Source: Thalia democratica (lineage: Eukaryota). Taken from it: a DNA stretch of 64,000 nt. Below are positions 25,479 to 38,740 of this stretch, piece by piece. A program made the position numbers and the translations under genes. The notes beneath the pieces are model-generated. The model saw nothing but the letters and a program-made list of their open reading frames with translations. It was not told where the DNA came from and did not search any database. Location of the stretch: positions 91,388,001-91,452,000 of the forward strand of contig OZ241826.1 of assembly GCA_965202585.1 (NCBI GenBank), in the 5' to 3' direction. The first letter of the stretch is position 1, and each line of letters begins with the position of its first letter.

Positions 25479-26060
25479 TTAGTTTAGTTGAAATATCAAG
25501 AGTTTATGAAGTAAAATAACGATACGAGTTGCATGGAAGCTGAAAAAACAAAAAATACTGATTAAATTTAGAAAAATTCACTTTCTTTTCGTTTTGGTGT
25601 CGAACTGAATTTTCAGCATCTTCATGATCAGGTTCCTGTTGCTCATCTTCTTCAGGTTTTTGCTCAGCTTCTTGTAAAACGTCAGCTCGCCGTTCCGAGA
25701 CTCGTAGTAGCGGTTGAGCAGGGCGAGAACGGACAGGCCGAGCATGCACACGGTGAACACCACGCACACGATCATGCACGCGACGAAGAACACTTCGAAG
25801 TCCAAAAAGTCCGTTATCTTCGTCGCCTCCCTACTTTCAGTCATGACCATGTGTCTCAGCTGGTCGTCGAGCTTTTTCTTCGTGTGCTCGTCCTGGAGAG
25901 ATATGTCGAAAAGTGTCGACCTCATCATTTGTTTCAGCTGCGCCACTCCGCTGTAGTCCAAAGATGGCATGGAGGCGAGCAAGTGGGCGTAAAGGTTCTT
26001 GAAGGTCATCGCGGCCGTGCTGTCTTGCTTCATGTCCTTTTCCGGCGCCTTCGGCAGCAT
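25479..26060 (-). CDS. Copy 22 (A2), 179 aa spliced model
   Basis: As copy 11. Confidence 0.72.
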
Positions 26061-26680
26061 CTGCGGCTTGATTTTGCGTTTACCAAAATCATTAAAAAAT
26101 TGTGTCCGCAAATTTGCATAATTCTCTTCTTTTCGAATAATTTCGCTCTCTCCTTCTTAATTTTGCACACAAATTCACACCTCCAACCGAACTGACGCGT
26201 ATATATACGAGCTCCGGCATAGACACTTTGATAAGAAGAGAAGAGGCGTTCAGCATTATCAATAAAAACACGGCCTCCCAACAGTGACGAAACGCATTGA
26301 TTCTCATGTGTCTAAATATATTTGTATACAAAGGTAAAATCAACAGACAATAGCGACTTAGCGACTTGGCGTGCTTGGCCATAATAGCACATTAGATGTC
26401 TTATTGTAAGCTTATTTTTAAATTAGAACTGATAAAATTTAAACACTGTGAGTTTATTGAAAATAAATACGACTTACGCGCAAAATAAAAAAACAGAAAC
26501 AGTTGTACAAATTTAGAAACATTCATTTTACTAAAGTTTAAACTAAAGTTTTAAAAATGTTGTTGAAAACAAAAAATATAAAATACGCAATCGTTTTGTG
26601 CAAATAAATGCCAGTTTATAGTATGATGATATAGTTGCCAGTTGTTTATTGAGAATAAAAGAAAATTGGGCTTCATGCAA

Positions 26681-27262
26681 TTAGTTTAGTTGAAATATCA
26701 AGAGTTTATGAAGTAAAATAACGATACGAGTTGCATGGAAGCTGAAAAAACAAAAAATACTGATTAAATTTAGAAAAATTCACTTTCTTTTCGTTTTGGT
26801 GTCGAACTGAATTTTCAGCATCTTCATGATCAGGTTCCTGTTGCTCATCTTCTTCAGGTTTTTGCTCAGCTTCTTGTAAAACGTCAGCTCGCCGTTCCGA
26901 GACTCGTAGTAGCGGTTGAGCAGGGCGAGAACGGACAGGCCGAGCATGCACACGGTGAACACCACGCACACGATCATGCACGCGACGAAGAACACTTCGA
27001 AGTCCAAAAAGTCCGTTATCTTCGTCGCCTCCCTACTTTCAGTCATGACCATGTGTCTCAGCTGGTCGTCGAGCTTTTTCTTCGTGTGCTCGTCCTGGAG
27101 AGATATGTCGAAAAGTGTCGACCTCATCATTTGTTTCAGCTGCGCCACTCCGCTGTAGTCCAAAGATGGCATGGAGGCGAGCAAGTGGGCGTAAAGGTTC
27201 TTGAAGGTCATCGCGGCCGTGCTGTCTTGCTTCATGTCCTTTTCCGGCGCCTTCGGCAGCAT
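26681..27262 (-). CDS. Copy 23 (A2), 179 aa spliced model
   Basis: As copy 11. Confidence 0.72.
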
Positions 27263-27882
27263 CTGCGGCTTGATTTTGCGTTTACCAAAATCATTAAAAA
27301 ATTGTGTCCGCAAATTTGCATAATTCTCTTCTTTTCGAATAATTTCGCTCTCTCCTTCTTAATTTTGCACACAAATTCACACCTCCAACCGAACTGACGC
27401 GTATATATACGAGCTCCGGCATAGACACTTTGATAAGAAGAGAAGAGGCGTTCAGCATTATCAATAAAAACACGGCCTCCCAACAGTGACGAAACGCATT
27501 GATTCTCATGTGTCTAAATATATTTGTATACAAAGGTAAAATCAACAGACAATAGCGACTTAGCGACTTGGCGTGCTTGGCCATAATAGCACATTAGATG
27601 TCTTATTGTAAGCTTATTTTTAAATTAGAACTGATAAAATTTAAACACTGTGAGTTTATTGAAAATAAATACGACTTACGCGCAAAATAAAAAAACAGAA
27701 ACAGTTGTACAAATTTAGAAACATTCATTTTACTAAAGTTTAAACTAAAGTTTTAAAAATGTTGTTGAAAACAAAAAATATAAAATACGCAATCGTTTTG
27801 TGCAAATAAATGCCAGTTTATAGTATGATGATATAGTTGCCAGTTGTTTATTGAGAATAAAAGAAAATTGGGCTTCATGCAA

Positions 27883-28464
27883 TTAGTTTAGTTGAAATAT
27901 CAAGAGTTTATGAAGTAAAATAACGATACGAGTTGCATGGAAGCTGAAAAAACAAAAAATACTGATTAAATTTAGAAAAATTCACTTTCTTTTCGTTTTG
28001 GTGTCGAACTGAATTTTCAGCATCTTCATGATCAGGTTCCTGTTGCTCATCTTCTTCAGGTTTTTGCTCAGCTTCTTGTAAAACGTCAGCTCGCCGTTCC
28101 GAGACTCGTAGTAGCGGTTGAGCAGGGCGAGAACGGACAGGCCGAGCATGCACACGGTGAACACCACGCACACGATCATGCACGCGACGAAGAACACTTC
28201 GAAGTCCAAAAAGTCCGTTATCTTCGTCGCCTCCCTACTTTCAGTCATGACCATGTGTCTCAGCTGGTCGTCGAGCTTTTTCTTCGTGTGCTCGTCCTGG
28301 AGAGATATGTCGAAAAGTGTCGACCTCATCATTTGTTTCAGCTGCGCCACTCCGCTGTAGTCCAAAGATGGCATGGAGGCGAGCAAGTGGGCGTAAAGGT
28401 TCTTGAAGGTCATCGCGGCCGTGCTGTCTTGCTTCATGTCCTTTTCCGGCGCCTTCGGCAGCAT
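27883..28464 (-). CDS. Copy 24 (A2), 179 aa spliced model
   Basis: As copy 11. Confidence 0.72.
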
Positions 28465-29084
28465 CTGCGGCTTGATTTTGCGTTTACCAAAATCATTAAA
28501 AAATTGTGTCCGCAAATTTGCATAATTCTCTTCTTTTCGAATAATTTCGCTCTCTCCTTCTTAATTTTGCACACAAATTCACACCTCCAACCGAACTGAC
28601 GCGTATATATACGAGCTCCGGCATAGACACTTTGATAAGAAGAGAAGAGGCGTTCAGCATTATCAATAAAAACACGGCCTCCCAACAGTGACGAAACGCA
28701 TTGATTCTCATGTGTCTAAATATATTTGTATACAAAGGTAAAATCAACAGACAATAGCGACTTAGCGACTTGGCGTGCTTGGCCATAATAGCACATTAGA
28801 TGTCTTATTGTAAGCTTATTTTTAAATTAGAACTGATAAAATTTAAACACTGTGAGTTTATTGAAAATAAATACGACTTACGCGCAAAATAAAAAAACAG
28901 AAACAGTTGTACAAATTTAGAAACATTCATTTTACTAAAGTTTAAACTAAAGTTTTAAAAATGTTGTTGAAAACAAAAAATATAAAATACGCAATCGTTT
29001 TGTGCAAATAAATGCCAGTTTATAGTATGATGATATAGTTGCCAGTTGTTTATTGAGAATAAAAGAAAATTGGGCTTCATGCAA

Positions 29085-29666
29085 TTAGTTTAGTTGAAAT
29101 ATCAAGAGTTTATGAAGTAAAATAACGATACGAGTTGCATGGAAGCTGAAAAAACAAAAAATACTGATTAAATTTAGAAAAATTCACTTTCTTTTCGTTT
29201 TGGTGTCGAACTGAATTTTCAGCATCTTCATGATCAGGTTCCTGTTGCTCATCTTCTTCAGGTTTTTGCTCAGCTTCTTGTAAAACGTCAGCTCGCCGTT
29301 CCGAGACTCGTAGTAGCGGTTGAGCAGGGCGAGAACGGACAGGCCGAGCATGCACACGGTGAACACCACGCACACGATCATGCACGCGACGAAGAACACT
29401 TCGAAGTCCAAAAAGTCCGTTATCTTCGTCGCCTCCCTACTTTCAGTCATGACCATGTGTCTCAGCTGGTCGTCGAGCTTTTTCTTCGTGTGCTCGTCCT
29501 GGAGAGATATGTCGAAAAGTGTCGACCTCATCATTTGTTTCAGCTGCGCCACTCCGCTGTAGTCCAAAGATGGCATGGAGGCGAGCAAGTGGGCGTAAAG
29601 GTTCTTGAAGGTCATCGCGGCCGTGCTGTCTTGCTTCATGTCCTTTTCCGGCGCCTTCGGCAGCAT
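29085..29666 (-). CDS. Copy 25 (A2), 179 aa spliced model
   Basis: As copy 11; upstream region carries a B-like tract and the 8-bp duplication. Confidence 0.72.
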
Positions 29667-30295
29667 CTGCGGCTTGATTTTGCGTTTACCAAAATCATTA
29701 AAAAATTGTGTCCGCAAATTTGCATAATTCTCTTCTTTTCGAATAATTTCGCTCTCTCCTTCTTAATTTTGCACACAAATTCACACCTCCAACCGAACTG
29801 ACGCGTATATATACGAGCTTCGGCATGGACGCTTTGATAAGAAAACAAGAGGCGTTCAGCATTATCAATAAAAACACGGCCTCCCAACAGTGACGAAACG
29901 CATTGATTCTCATGTGTCTAAATATATTTGTATACAAAGGTAAAATCAACAGACAATAGCGACTTAGCGACTTAGCGACTTGGCGTGCTTGGCCATAATA
30001 GCACATTAGATGTCTTATTGTAAGCTTATTTTTAAATTAGAACTGATAAAATTTAAACACTGTGAGTTTATTGAAAATAAATACGACTTACGCGCAAAAT
30101 AAAAAAACAGAAACAGTTGTACAAATTTAGAAACATTCATTTTACTAAAGTTTAAACTAAAGTTTTAAAAATGTTGTTGAAAACAAAAAAATATAAAATA
30201 CGCAATCGTTTTGTGCAAATAAATGCCAGTTTATAGTATGATGATATAGTTGCCAGTTGTTTATTGAGAATAAAAGAAAATTGGGCTTCATGCAA

Positions 30296-30877
30296 TTAGT
30301 TTAGTTGAAATATCAAGAGTTTATGAAGTAAAATAACGATACGAGTTGCATGGAAGCTGAAAAAACAAAAAATACTGATTAAATTTAGAAAAATTCTCTT
30401 TCTTTTCGTTTTGGTGTCGAACTGAATTTTCAGCATCTTCATGATCAGGTTCCTGTTGCTCATCTTCTTCAGGTTCTTGCTCAGCTTCTTGTAAAACGTC
30501 AGCTCGCCGTTCCGAGACTCGTAGTAGCGGTTGAGCAGGGCGAGAACGGACAGGCCGAGCATGCACACGGTGAACACCACGCACACGATCATGCACGCGA
30601 CGAAGAACACTTCGAAGTCCAAAAAGTCCGTTATCTTCGTCGCCTCCCTACTTTCAGTCATGACCATGTGTCTCAGCTGGTCGTCGAGCTTTTTCTTCGT
30701 GTGCTCGTCCTGGAGAGATATGTCGAAAAGTGTCGACCTCATCATTTGTTTCAGCTGCGCCACTCCGCTGTAGTCCAAAGATGGCATGGAGGCGAGCAAG
30801 TGGGCGTAAAGGTTCTTGAAGGTCATCGCGGCCGTGCTGTCTTGCTTCATGTCCTTTTCCGGCGCCTTCGGCAGCAT
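30296..30877 (-). CDS. Copy 26 (A3): donor-less read-through form, 193 aa
   Basis: GTGAAT>GAGAAT at 30397; ORF continues to the same TAA. Confidence 0.65.
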   Translation of the reverse strand: MLPKAPEKDMKQDSTAAMTFKNLYAHLLASMPSLDYSGVAQLKQMMRSTLFDISLQDEHTKKKLDDQLRHMVMTESREATKITDFLDFEVFFVACMIVCVVFTVCMLGLSVLALLNRYYESRNGELTFYKKLSKNLKKMSNRNLIMKMLKIQFDTKTKRKRIFLNLISIFCFFSFHATRIVILLHKLLIFQLN

Positions 30878-31498
30878 CTGCGGCTTGATTTTGCGTTTAC
30901 CAAAATCATTAAAAAATTGTGTCCGCAAATTTGCATAATTCTCTTCTTTTCGAATAATTTCGCTCTCTCCTTCTTAATTTTGCACACAAATTCACACCTC
31001 CAACCGAACTGACGCGTATATATACGAGCTCCGGCATAGACACTTTGATAAGAAGAGAAGAGGCGTTCAGCATTATCAATAAAAACACGGCCTCCCAACA
31101 GTGACGAAACGCATTGATTCTCATGTGTCTAAATATATTTGTATACAAAGGTAAAATCAACAGACAATAGCGACTTAGCGACTTGGCGTGCTTGGCCATA
31201 ATAGCACATTAGATGTCTTATTGTAAGCTTATTTTTAAATTAGAACTGATAAAATTTAAACACTGTGAGTTTATTGAAAATAAATACGACTTACGCGCAA
31301 AATAAAAAAACAGAAACAGTTGTACAAATTTAGAAACATTCATTTTACTAAAGTTTAAACTAAAGTTTTAAAAATGTTGTTGAAAACAAAAAAATATAAA
31401 ATACGCAATCGTTTTGTGCAAATAAATGCCAGTTTATAGTATGATGATATAGTTGCCAGTTGTTTATTGAGAATAAAAGAAAATTGGGCTTCATGCAA

Positions 31499-32072
31499 TT
31501 AGTTTAGTTGAAATATCAAGAGTTTATGAAGTAAAATAACGATACGAGTTGCATGGAAGCTGAAAAAACAAAAAATACTGATTAAATTTAGAAAAATTCA
31601 CTTTCTTTTCGTTTTGGTGTCGAACTGAATTTTCAGCATCTTCATGATCAGGTTCCTGTTGCTCATCTTCTTCAGGTTTTTGCTCAGCTTCTTGTAAAAC
31701 GTCAGCTCGCCGTTCCGAGACTCGTAGTAGCGGTTGAGCAGGGCGAGAACGGACAGGCCGAGCATGCACACGGTGAACACCACGCACACGATCATGCACG
31801 CGACGAAGAACACTTCGAAGTCCAAAAAGTCCGTTATCTTCGTCGCCTCCCTACTTTCAGTCATGACCATGTGTCTCAGCTGGTCGTCGAGCTTTTTCTT
31901 CGTGTGCTCGTCCTGGAGAGATATGTCGAAAAGTGTCGACCTCATCATTTGTTTCAGCTGCGCCACTCCGCTGTAGTCCAAAGATGGCATGGAGGCGAGC
32001 AAGTGGGCGTAAAGGTTCTTGAAGGTCATCGCGGCCGTGCTTCATGTCCTTTTCCGGCGCCTTCGGCAGCAT
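31499..32072 (-). pseudogene. Copy 27 (A2-type) with the 8-bp frameshift deletion
   Basis: Deletion at about 32038-32041; splice donor intact. Confidence 0.6.
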
Positions 32073-32693
32073 CTGCGGCTTGATTTTGCGTTTACCAAAA
32101 TCATTAAAAAATTGTGTCCGCAAATTTGCATAATTCTCTTCTTTTCGAATAATTTCGCTCTCTCCTTCTTAATTTTGCACACAAATTCACACCTCCAACC
32201 GAACTGACGCGTATATATACGAGCTTCGGCATGGACGCTTTGATAAGAAAACAAGAGGCGTTCAGCATTATCAATAAAAACACGGCCTCCCAACAGTGAC
32301 GAAACGCATTGATTCTCATGTGTCTAAATATATTTGTATACAAAGGTAAAATCAACAGACAATAGCGACTTAGCGACTTGGCGTGCTTGGCCATAATAGC
32401 ACATTAGATGTCTTATTGTAAGCTTATTTTTAAATTAGAACTGATAAAATTTAAACACTGTGAGTTTATTGAAAATAAATACGACTTACGCGCAAAATAA
32501 AAAAACAGAAACAGTTGTACAAATATAGAAACATTCATTTTACTAAAGTTTAAACTAAAGTTTTAAAAATGTTGTTGAAAACAAAAAAATATAAAATACG
32601 CAATCGTTTTGTGCAAATAAATGCCAGTTTATAGTATGATGATATAGTTGCCAGTTGTTTATTGAGAATAAAAGAAAATTGGGCTTCATGCAA

Positions 32694-33275
32694 TTAGTTT
32701 AGTTGAAATATCAAGAGTTTATGAAGTAAAATAACGATACGAGTTGCATGGAAGCTGAAAAAACAAAAAATACTGATTAAATTTAGAAAAATTCTCTTTC
32801 TTTTCGTTTTGGTGTCGAACTGAATTTTCAGCATCTTCATGATCAGGTTCCTGTTGCTCATCTTCTTCAGGTTCTTGCTCAGCTTCTTGTAAAACGTCAG
32901 CTCGCCGTTCCGAGACTCGTAGTAGCGGTTGAGCAGGGCGAGAACGGACAGGCCGAGCATGCACACGGTGAACACCACGCACACGATCATGCACGCGACG
33001 AAGAACACTTCGAAGTCCAAAAAGTACGTTATCTTCGTCGCCTCCCTACTTTCAGTCATGACCATGTGTCTCAGCTGGTCGTCGAGCTTTTTCTTCGTGT
33101 GCTCGTCCTGGAGAGATATGTCGAAAAGTGTCGACCTCATCATTTGTTTCAGCTGCGCCACTCCGCTGTAGTCCAAAGATGGCATGGAGGCGAGCAAGTG
33201 GGCGTAAAGGTTCTTGAAGGTCATCGCGGCCGTGCTGTCTTGCTTCATGTCCTTTTCCGGCGCCTTCGGCAGCAT
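32694..33275 (-). CDS. Copy 28 (A3), 193 aa read-through, ITYFLD variant
   Basis: 210-aa track ORF minus the 17-codon TTG leader. Confidence 0.65.
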   Translation of the reverse strand: MLPKAPEKDMKQDSTAAMTFKNLYAHLLASMPSLDYSGVAQLKQMMRSTLFDISLQDEHTKKKLDDQLRHMVMTESREATKITYFLDFEVFFVACMIVCVVFTVCMLGLSVLALLNRYYESRNGELTFYKKLSKNLKKMSNRNLIMKMLKIQFDTKTKRKRIFLNLISIFCFFSFHATRIVILLHKLLIFQLN

Positions 33276-33896
33276 CTGCGGCTTGATTTTGCGTTTACCA
33301 AAATCATTAAAAAATTGTGTCCGCAAATTTGCATAATTCTCTTCTTTTCGAATAATTTCGCTCTCTCCTTCTTAATTTTGCACACAAATTCACACCTCCA
33401 ACCGAACTGACGCGTATATATACGAGCTCCGGCATAGACACTTTGATAAGAAGAGAAGAGGCGTTCAGCATTATCAATAAAAACACGGCCTCCCAACAGT
33501 GACGAAACGCATTGATTCTCATGTGTCTAAATATATTTGTATACAAAGGTAAAATCAACAGACAATAGCGACTTAGCGACTTGGCGTGCTTGGCCATAAT
33601 AGCACATTAGATGTCTTATTGTAAGCTTATTTTTAAATTAGAACTGATAAAATTTAAACACTGTGAGTTTATTGAAAATAAATACGACTTACGCGCAAAA
33701 TAAAAAAACAGAAACAGTTGTACAAATTTAGAAACATTCATTTTACTAAAGTTTAAACTAAAGTTTTAAAAATGTTGTTGAAAACAAAAAAATATAAAAT
33801 ACGCAATCGTTTTGTGCAAATAAATGCCAGTTTATAGTATGATGATATAGTTGCCAGTTGTTTATTGAGAATAAAAGAAAATTGGGCTTCATGCAA

Positions 33897-34478
33897 TTAG
33901 TTTAGTTGAAATATCAAGAGTTTATGAAGTAAAATAACGATACGAGTTGCATGGAAGCTGAAAAAACAAAAAATACTGATTAAATTTAGAAAAATTCTCT
34001 TTCTTTTCGTTTTGGTGTCGAACTGAATTTTCAGCATCTTCATGATCAGGTTCCTGTTGCTCATCTTCTTCAGGTTCTTGCTCAGCTTCTTGTAAAACGT
34101 CAGCTCGCCGTTCCGAGACTCGTAGTAGCGGTTGAGCAGGGCGAGAACGGACAGGCCGAGCATGCACACGGTGAACACCACGCACACGATCATGCACGCG
34201 ACGAAGAACACTTCGAAGTCCAAAAAGTACGTTATCTTCGTCGCCTCCCTACTTTCAGTCATGACCATGTGTCTCAGCTGGTCGTCGAGCTTTTTCTTCG
34301 TGTGCTCGTCCTGGAGAGATATGTCGAAAAGTGTCGACCTCATCATTTGTTTCAGCTGCGCCACTCCGCTGTAGTCCAAAGATGGCATGGAGGCGAGCAA
34401 GTGGGCGTAAAGGTTCTTGAAGGTCATCGCGGCCGTGCTGTCTTGCTTCATGTCCTTTTCCGGCGCCTTCGGCAGCAT
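33897..34478 (-). CDS. Copy 29 (A3), 193 aa read-through, ITYFLD
   Basis: As copy 28. Confidence 0.65.
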   Translation of the reverse strand: MLPKAPEKDMKQDSTAAMTFKNLYAHLLASMPSLDYSGVAQLKQMMRSTLFDISLQDEHTKKKLDDQLRHMVMTESREATKITYFLDFEVFFVACMIVCVVFTVCMLGLSVLALLNRYYESRNGELTFYKKLSKNLKKMSNRNLIMKMLKIQFDTKTKRKRIFLNLISIFCFFSFHATRIVILLHKLLIFQLN

Positions 34479-35107
34479 CTGCGGCTTGATTTTGCGTTTA
34501 CCAAAATCATTAAAAAATTGTGTCCGCAAATTTGCATAATTCTCTTCTTTTCGAATAATTTCGCTCTCTCCTTCTTAATTTTGCACACAAATTCACACCT
34601 CCAACCGAACTGACGCGTATATATACGAGCTTCGGCATGGACGCTTTGATAAGAAAACAAGAGGCGTTCAGCATTATCAATAAAAACACGGCCTCCCAAC
34701 AGTGACGAAACGCATTGATTCTCATGTGTCTAAATATATTTGTATACAAAGGTAAAATCAACAGACAATAGCGACTTAGCGACTTAGCGACTTGGCGTGC
34801 TTGGCCATAATAGCACATTAGATGTCTTATTGTAAGCTTATTTTTAAATTAGAACTGATAAAATTTAAACACTGTGAGTTTATTGAAAATAAATACGACT
34901 TACGCGCAAAATAAAAAAACAGAAACAGTTGTACAAATTTAGAAACATTCATTTTACTAAAGTTTAAACTAAAGTTTTAAAAATGTTGTTGAAAACAAAA
35001 AAATATAAAATACGCAATCGTTTTGTGCAAATAAATGCCAGTTTATAGTATGATGATATAGTTGCCAGTTGTTTATTGAGAATAAAAGAAAATTGGGCTT
35101 CATGCAA

Positions 35108-35689
35108 TTAGTTTAGTTGAAATATCAAGAGTTTATGAAGTAAAATAACGATACGAGTTGCATGGAAGCTGAAAAAACAAAAAATACTGATTAAATTTAG
35201 AAAAATTCTCTTTCTTTTCGTTTTGGTGTCGAACTGAATTTTCAGCATCTTCATGATCAGGTTCCTGTTGCTCATCTTCTTCAGGTTTTTGCTCAGCTTC
35301 TTGTAAAACGTCAGCTCGCCGTTCCGAGACTCGTAGTAGCGGTTGAGCAGGGCGAGAACGGACAGGCCGAGCATGCACACGGTGAACACCACGCACACGA
35401 TCATGCACGCGACGAAGAACACTTCGAAGTCTAAAAAGTCCGTTATCTTCGTCGCCTCCCTACTTTCAGTCATGACCATGTGTCTCAGCTGGTCGTCGAG
35501 CTTTTTCTTCGTGTGCTCGTCCTGGAGAGATATGTCGAAAAGTGTCGACCTCATCATTTGTTTCAGCTGCGCCACTCCGCTGTAGTCCAAAGATGGCATG
35601 GAGGCGAGCAAGTGGGCGTAAAGGTTCTTGAAGGTCATCGCGGCCGTGCTGTCTTGCTTCATGTCCTTTTCCGGCGCCTTCGGCAGCAT
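35108..35689 (-). CDS. Copy 30 (A3), 193 aa read-through, ITDFLD
   Basis: Donor SNP present, D>Y absent. Confidence 0.65.
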   Translation of the reverse strand: MLPKAPEKDMKQDSTAAMTFKNLYAHLLASMPSLDYSGVAQLKQMMRSTLFDISLQDEHTKKKLDDQLRHMVMTESREATKITDFLDFEVFFVACMIVCVVFTVCMLGLSVLALLNRYYESRNGELTFYKKLSKNLKKMSNRNLIMKMLKIQFDTKTKRKRIFLNLISIFCFFSFHATRIVILLHKLLIFQLN

Positions 35690-36318
35690 CTGCGGCTTGA
35701 TTTTGCGTTTACCAAAATCATTAAAAAATTGTGTCCGCAAATTTGCATAATTCTCTTCTTTTCGAATAATTTCGCTCTCTCCTTCTTAATTTTGCACACA
35801 AATTCACACCTCCAACCGAACTGACGCGTATATATACGAGCTCCGGCATAGACACTTTGATAAGAAGAGAAGAGGCGTTCAGCATTATCAATAAAAACAC
35901 GGCCTCCCAACAGTGACGAAACGCATTGATTCTCATGTGTCTAAATATATTTGTATACAAAGGTAAAATCAACAGACAATAGCGACTTAGCGACTTAGCG
36001 ACTTGGCGTGCTTGGCCATAATAGCACATTAGATGTCTTATTGTAAGCTTATTTTTAAATTAGAACTGATAAAATTTAAACACTGTGAGTTTATTGAAAA
36101 TAAATACGACTTACGCGCAAAATAAAAAAACAGAAACAGTTGTACAAATTTAGAAACATTCATTTTACTAAAGTTTAAACTAAAGTTTTAAAAATGTTGT
36201 TGAAAACAAAAAAATATAAAATACGCAATCGTTTTGTGCAAATAAATGCCAGTTTATAGTATGATGATATAGTTGCCAGTTGTTTATTGAGAATAAAAGA
36301 AAATTGGGCTTCATGCAA

Positions 36319-36900
36319 TTAGTTTAGTTGAAATATCAAGAGTTTATGAAGTAAAATAACGATACGAGTTGCATGGAAGCTGAAAAAACAAAAAATACTG
36401 ATTAAATTTAGAAAAATTCTCTTTCTTTTCGTTTTGGTGTCGAACTGAATTTTCAGCATCTTCATGATCAGGTTCCTGTTGCTCATCTTCTTCAGGTTCT
36501 TGCTCAGCTTCTTGTAAAACGTCAGCTCGCCGTTCCGAGACTCGTAGTAGCGGTTGAGCAGGGCGAGAACGGACAGGCCGAGCATGCACACGGTGAACAC
36601 CACGCACACGATCATGCACGCGACGAAGAACACTTCGAAGTCCAAAAAGTACGTTATCTTCGTCGCCTCCCTACTTTCAGTCATGACCATGTGTCTCAGC
36701 TGGTCGTCGAGCTTTTTCTTCGTGTGCTCGTCCTGGAGAGATATGTCGAAAAGTGTCGACCTCATCATTTGTTTCAGCTGCGCCACTCCGCAGTAGTCCA
36801 AAGATGGCATGGAGGCGAGCAAGTGGGCGTAAAGGTTCTTGAAGGTCATCGCGGCCGTGCTGTCTTGCTTCATGTCCTTTTCCGGCGCCTTCGGCAGCAT
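36319..36900 (-). CDS. Copy 31 (A3), 193 aa read-through, private S>C
   Basis: LDYCGV in translation. Confidence 0.65.
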   Translation of the reverse strand: MLPKAPEKDMKQDSTAAMTFKNLYAHLLASMPSLDYCGVAQLKQMMRSTLFDISLQDEHTKKKLDDQLRHMVMTESREATKITYFLDFEVFFVACMIVCVVFTVCMLGLSVLALLNRYYESRNGELTFYKKLSKNLKKMSNRNLIMKMLKIQFDTKTKRKRIFLNLISIFCFFSFHATRIVILLHKLLIFQLN

Positions 36901-37529
36901 CTGCGGCTTGATTTTGCGTTTACCAAAATCATTAAAAAATTGTGTCCGCAAATTTGCATAATTCTCTTCTTTTCGAATAATTTCGCTCTCTCCTTCTTAA
37001 TTTTGCACACAAATTCACACCTCCAACCGAACTGACGCGTATATATACGAGCTCCGGCATAGACACTTTGATAAGAAGAGAAGAGGCGTTCAGCATTATC
37101 AATAAAAACACGGCCTCCCAACAGTGACGAAACGCATTGATTCTCATGTGTCTAAATATATTTGTATACAAAGGTAAAATCAACAGACAATAGCGACTTA
37201 GCGACTTAGCGACTTGGCGTGCTTGGCCATAATAGCACATTAGATGTCTTATTGTAAGCTTATTTTTAAATTAGAACTGATAAAATTTAAACACTGTGAG
37301 TTTATTGAAAATAAATACGACTTACGCGCAAAATAAAAAAACAGAAACAGTTGTACAAATTTAGAAACATTCATTTTACTAAAGTTTAAACTAAAGTTTT
37401 AAAAATGTTGTTGAAAACAAAAAAATATAAAATACGCAATCGTTTTGTGCAAATAAATGCCAGTTTATAGTATGATGATATAGTTGCCAGTTGTTTATTG
37501 AGAATAAAAGAAAATTGGGCTTCATGCAA

Positions 37530-38111
37530 TTAGTTTAGTTGAAATATCAAGAGTTTATGAAGTAAAATAACGATACGAGTTGCATGGAAGCTGAAAAAAC
37601 AAAAAATACTGATTAAATTTAGAAAAATTCTCTTTCTTTTCGTTTTGGTGTCGAACTGAATTTTCAGCATCTTCATGATCAGGTTCCTGTTGCTCATCTT
37701 CTTCAGGTTCTTGCTCAGCTTCTTGTAAAACGTCAGCTCGCCGTTCCGAGACTCGTAGTAGCGGTTGAGCAGGGCGAGAACGGACAGGCCGAGCATGCAC
37801 ACGGTGAACACCACGCACACGATCATGCACGCGACGAAGAACACTTCGAAGTCCAAAAAGTACGTTATCTTCGTCGCCTCCCTACTTTCAGTCATGACCA
37901 TGTGTCTCAGCTGGTCGTCGAGCTTTTTCTTCGTGTGCTCGTCCTGGAGAGATATGTCGAAAAGTGTCGACCTCATCATTTGTTTCAGCTGCGCCACTCC
38001 GCTGTAGTCCAAAGATGGCATGGAGGCGAGCAAGTGGGCGTAAAGGTTCTTGAAGGTCATCGCGGCCGTGCTGTCTTGCTTCATGTCCTTTTCCGGCGCC
38101 TTCGGCAGCAT
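37530..38111 (-). CDS. Copy 32 (A3), 193 aa read-through
   Basis: As copy 28. Confidence 0.65.
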   Translation of the reverse strand: MLPKAPEKDMKQDSTAAMTFKNLYAHLLASMPSLDYSGVAQLKQMMRSTLFDISLQDEHTKKKLDDQLRHMVMTESREATKITYFLDFEVFFVACMIVCVVFTVCMLGLSVLALLNRYYESRNGELTFYKKLSKNLKKMSNRNLIMKMLKIQFDTKTKRKRIFLNLISIFCFFSFHATRIVILLHKLLIFQLN

Positions 38112-38740
38112 CTGCGGCTTGATTTTGCGTTTACCAAAATCATTAAAAAATTGTGTCCGCAAATTTGCATAATTCTCTTCTTTTCGAATAATTTCGCTCT
38201 CTCCTTCTTAATTTTGCACACAAATTCACACCTCCAACCGAACTGACGCGTATATATACGAGCTCCGGCATAGACACTTTGATAAGAAGAGAAGAGGCGT
38301 TCAGCATTATCAATAAAAACACGGCCTCCCAACAGTGACGAAACGCATTGATTCTCATGTGTCTAAATATATTTGTATACAAAGGTAAAATCAACAGACA
38401 ATAGCGACTTAGCGACTTAGCGACTTGGCGTGCTTGGCCATAATAGCACATTAGATGTCTTATTGTAAGCTTATTTTTAAATTAGAACTGATAAAATTTA
38501 AACACTGTGAGTTTATTGAAAATAAATACGACTTACGCGCAAAATAAAAAAACAGAAACAGTTGTACAAATTTAGAAACATTCATTTTACTAAAGTTTAA
38601 ACTAAAGTTTTAAAAATGTTGTTGAAAACAAAAAAATATAAAATACGCAATCGTTTTGTGCAAATAAATGCCAGTTTATAGTATGATGATATAGTTGCCA
38701 GTTGTTTATTGAGAATAAAAGAAAATTGGGCTTCATGCAA

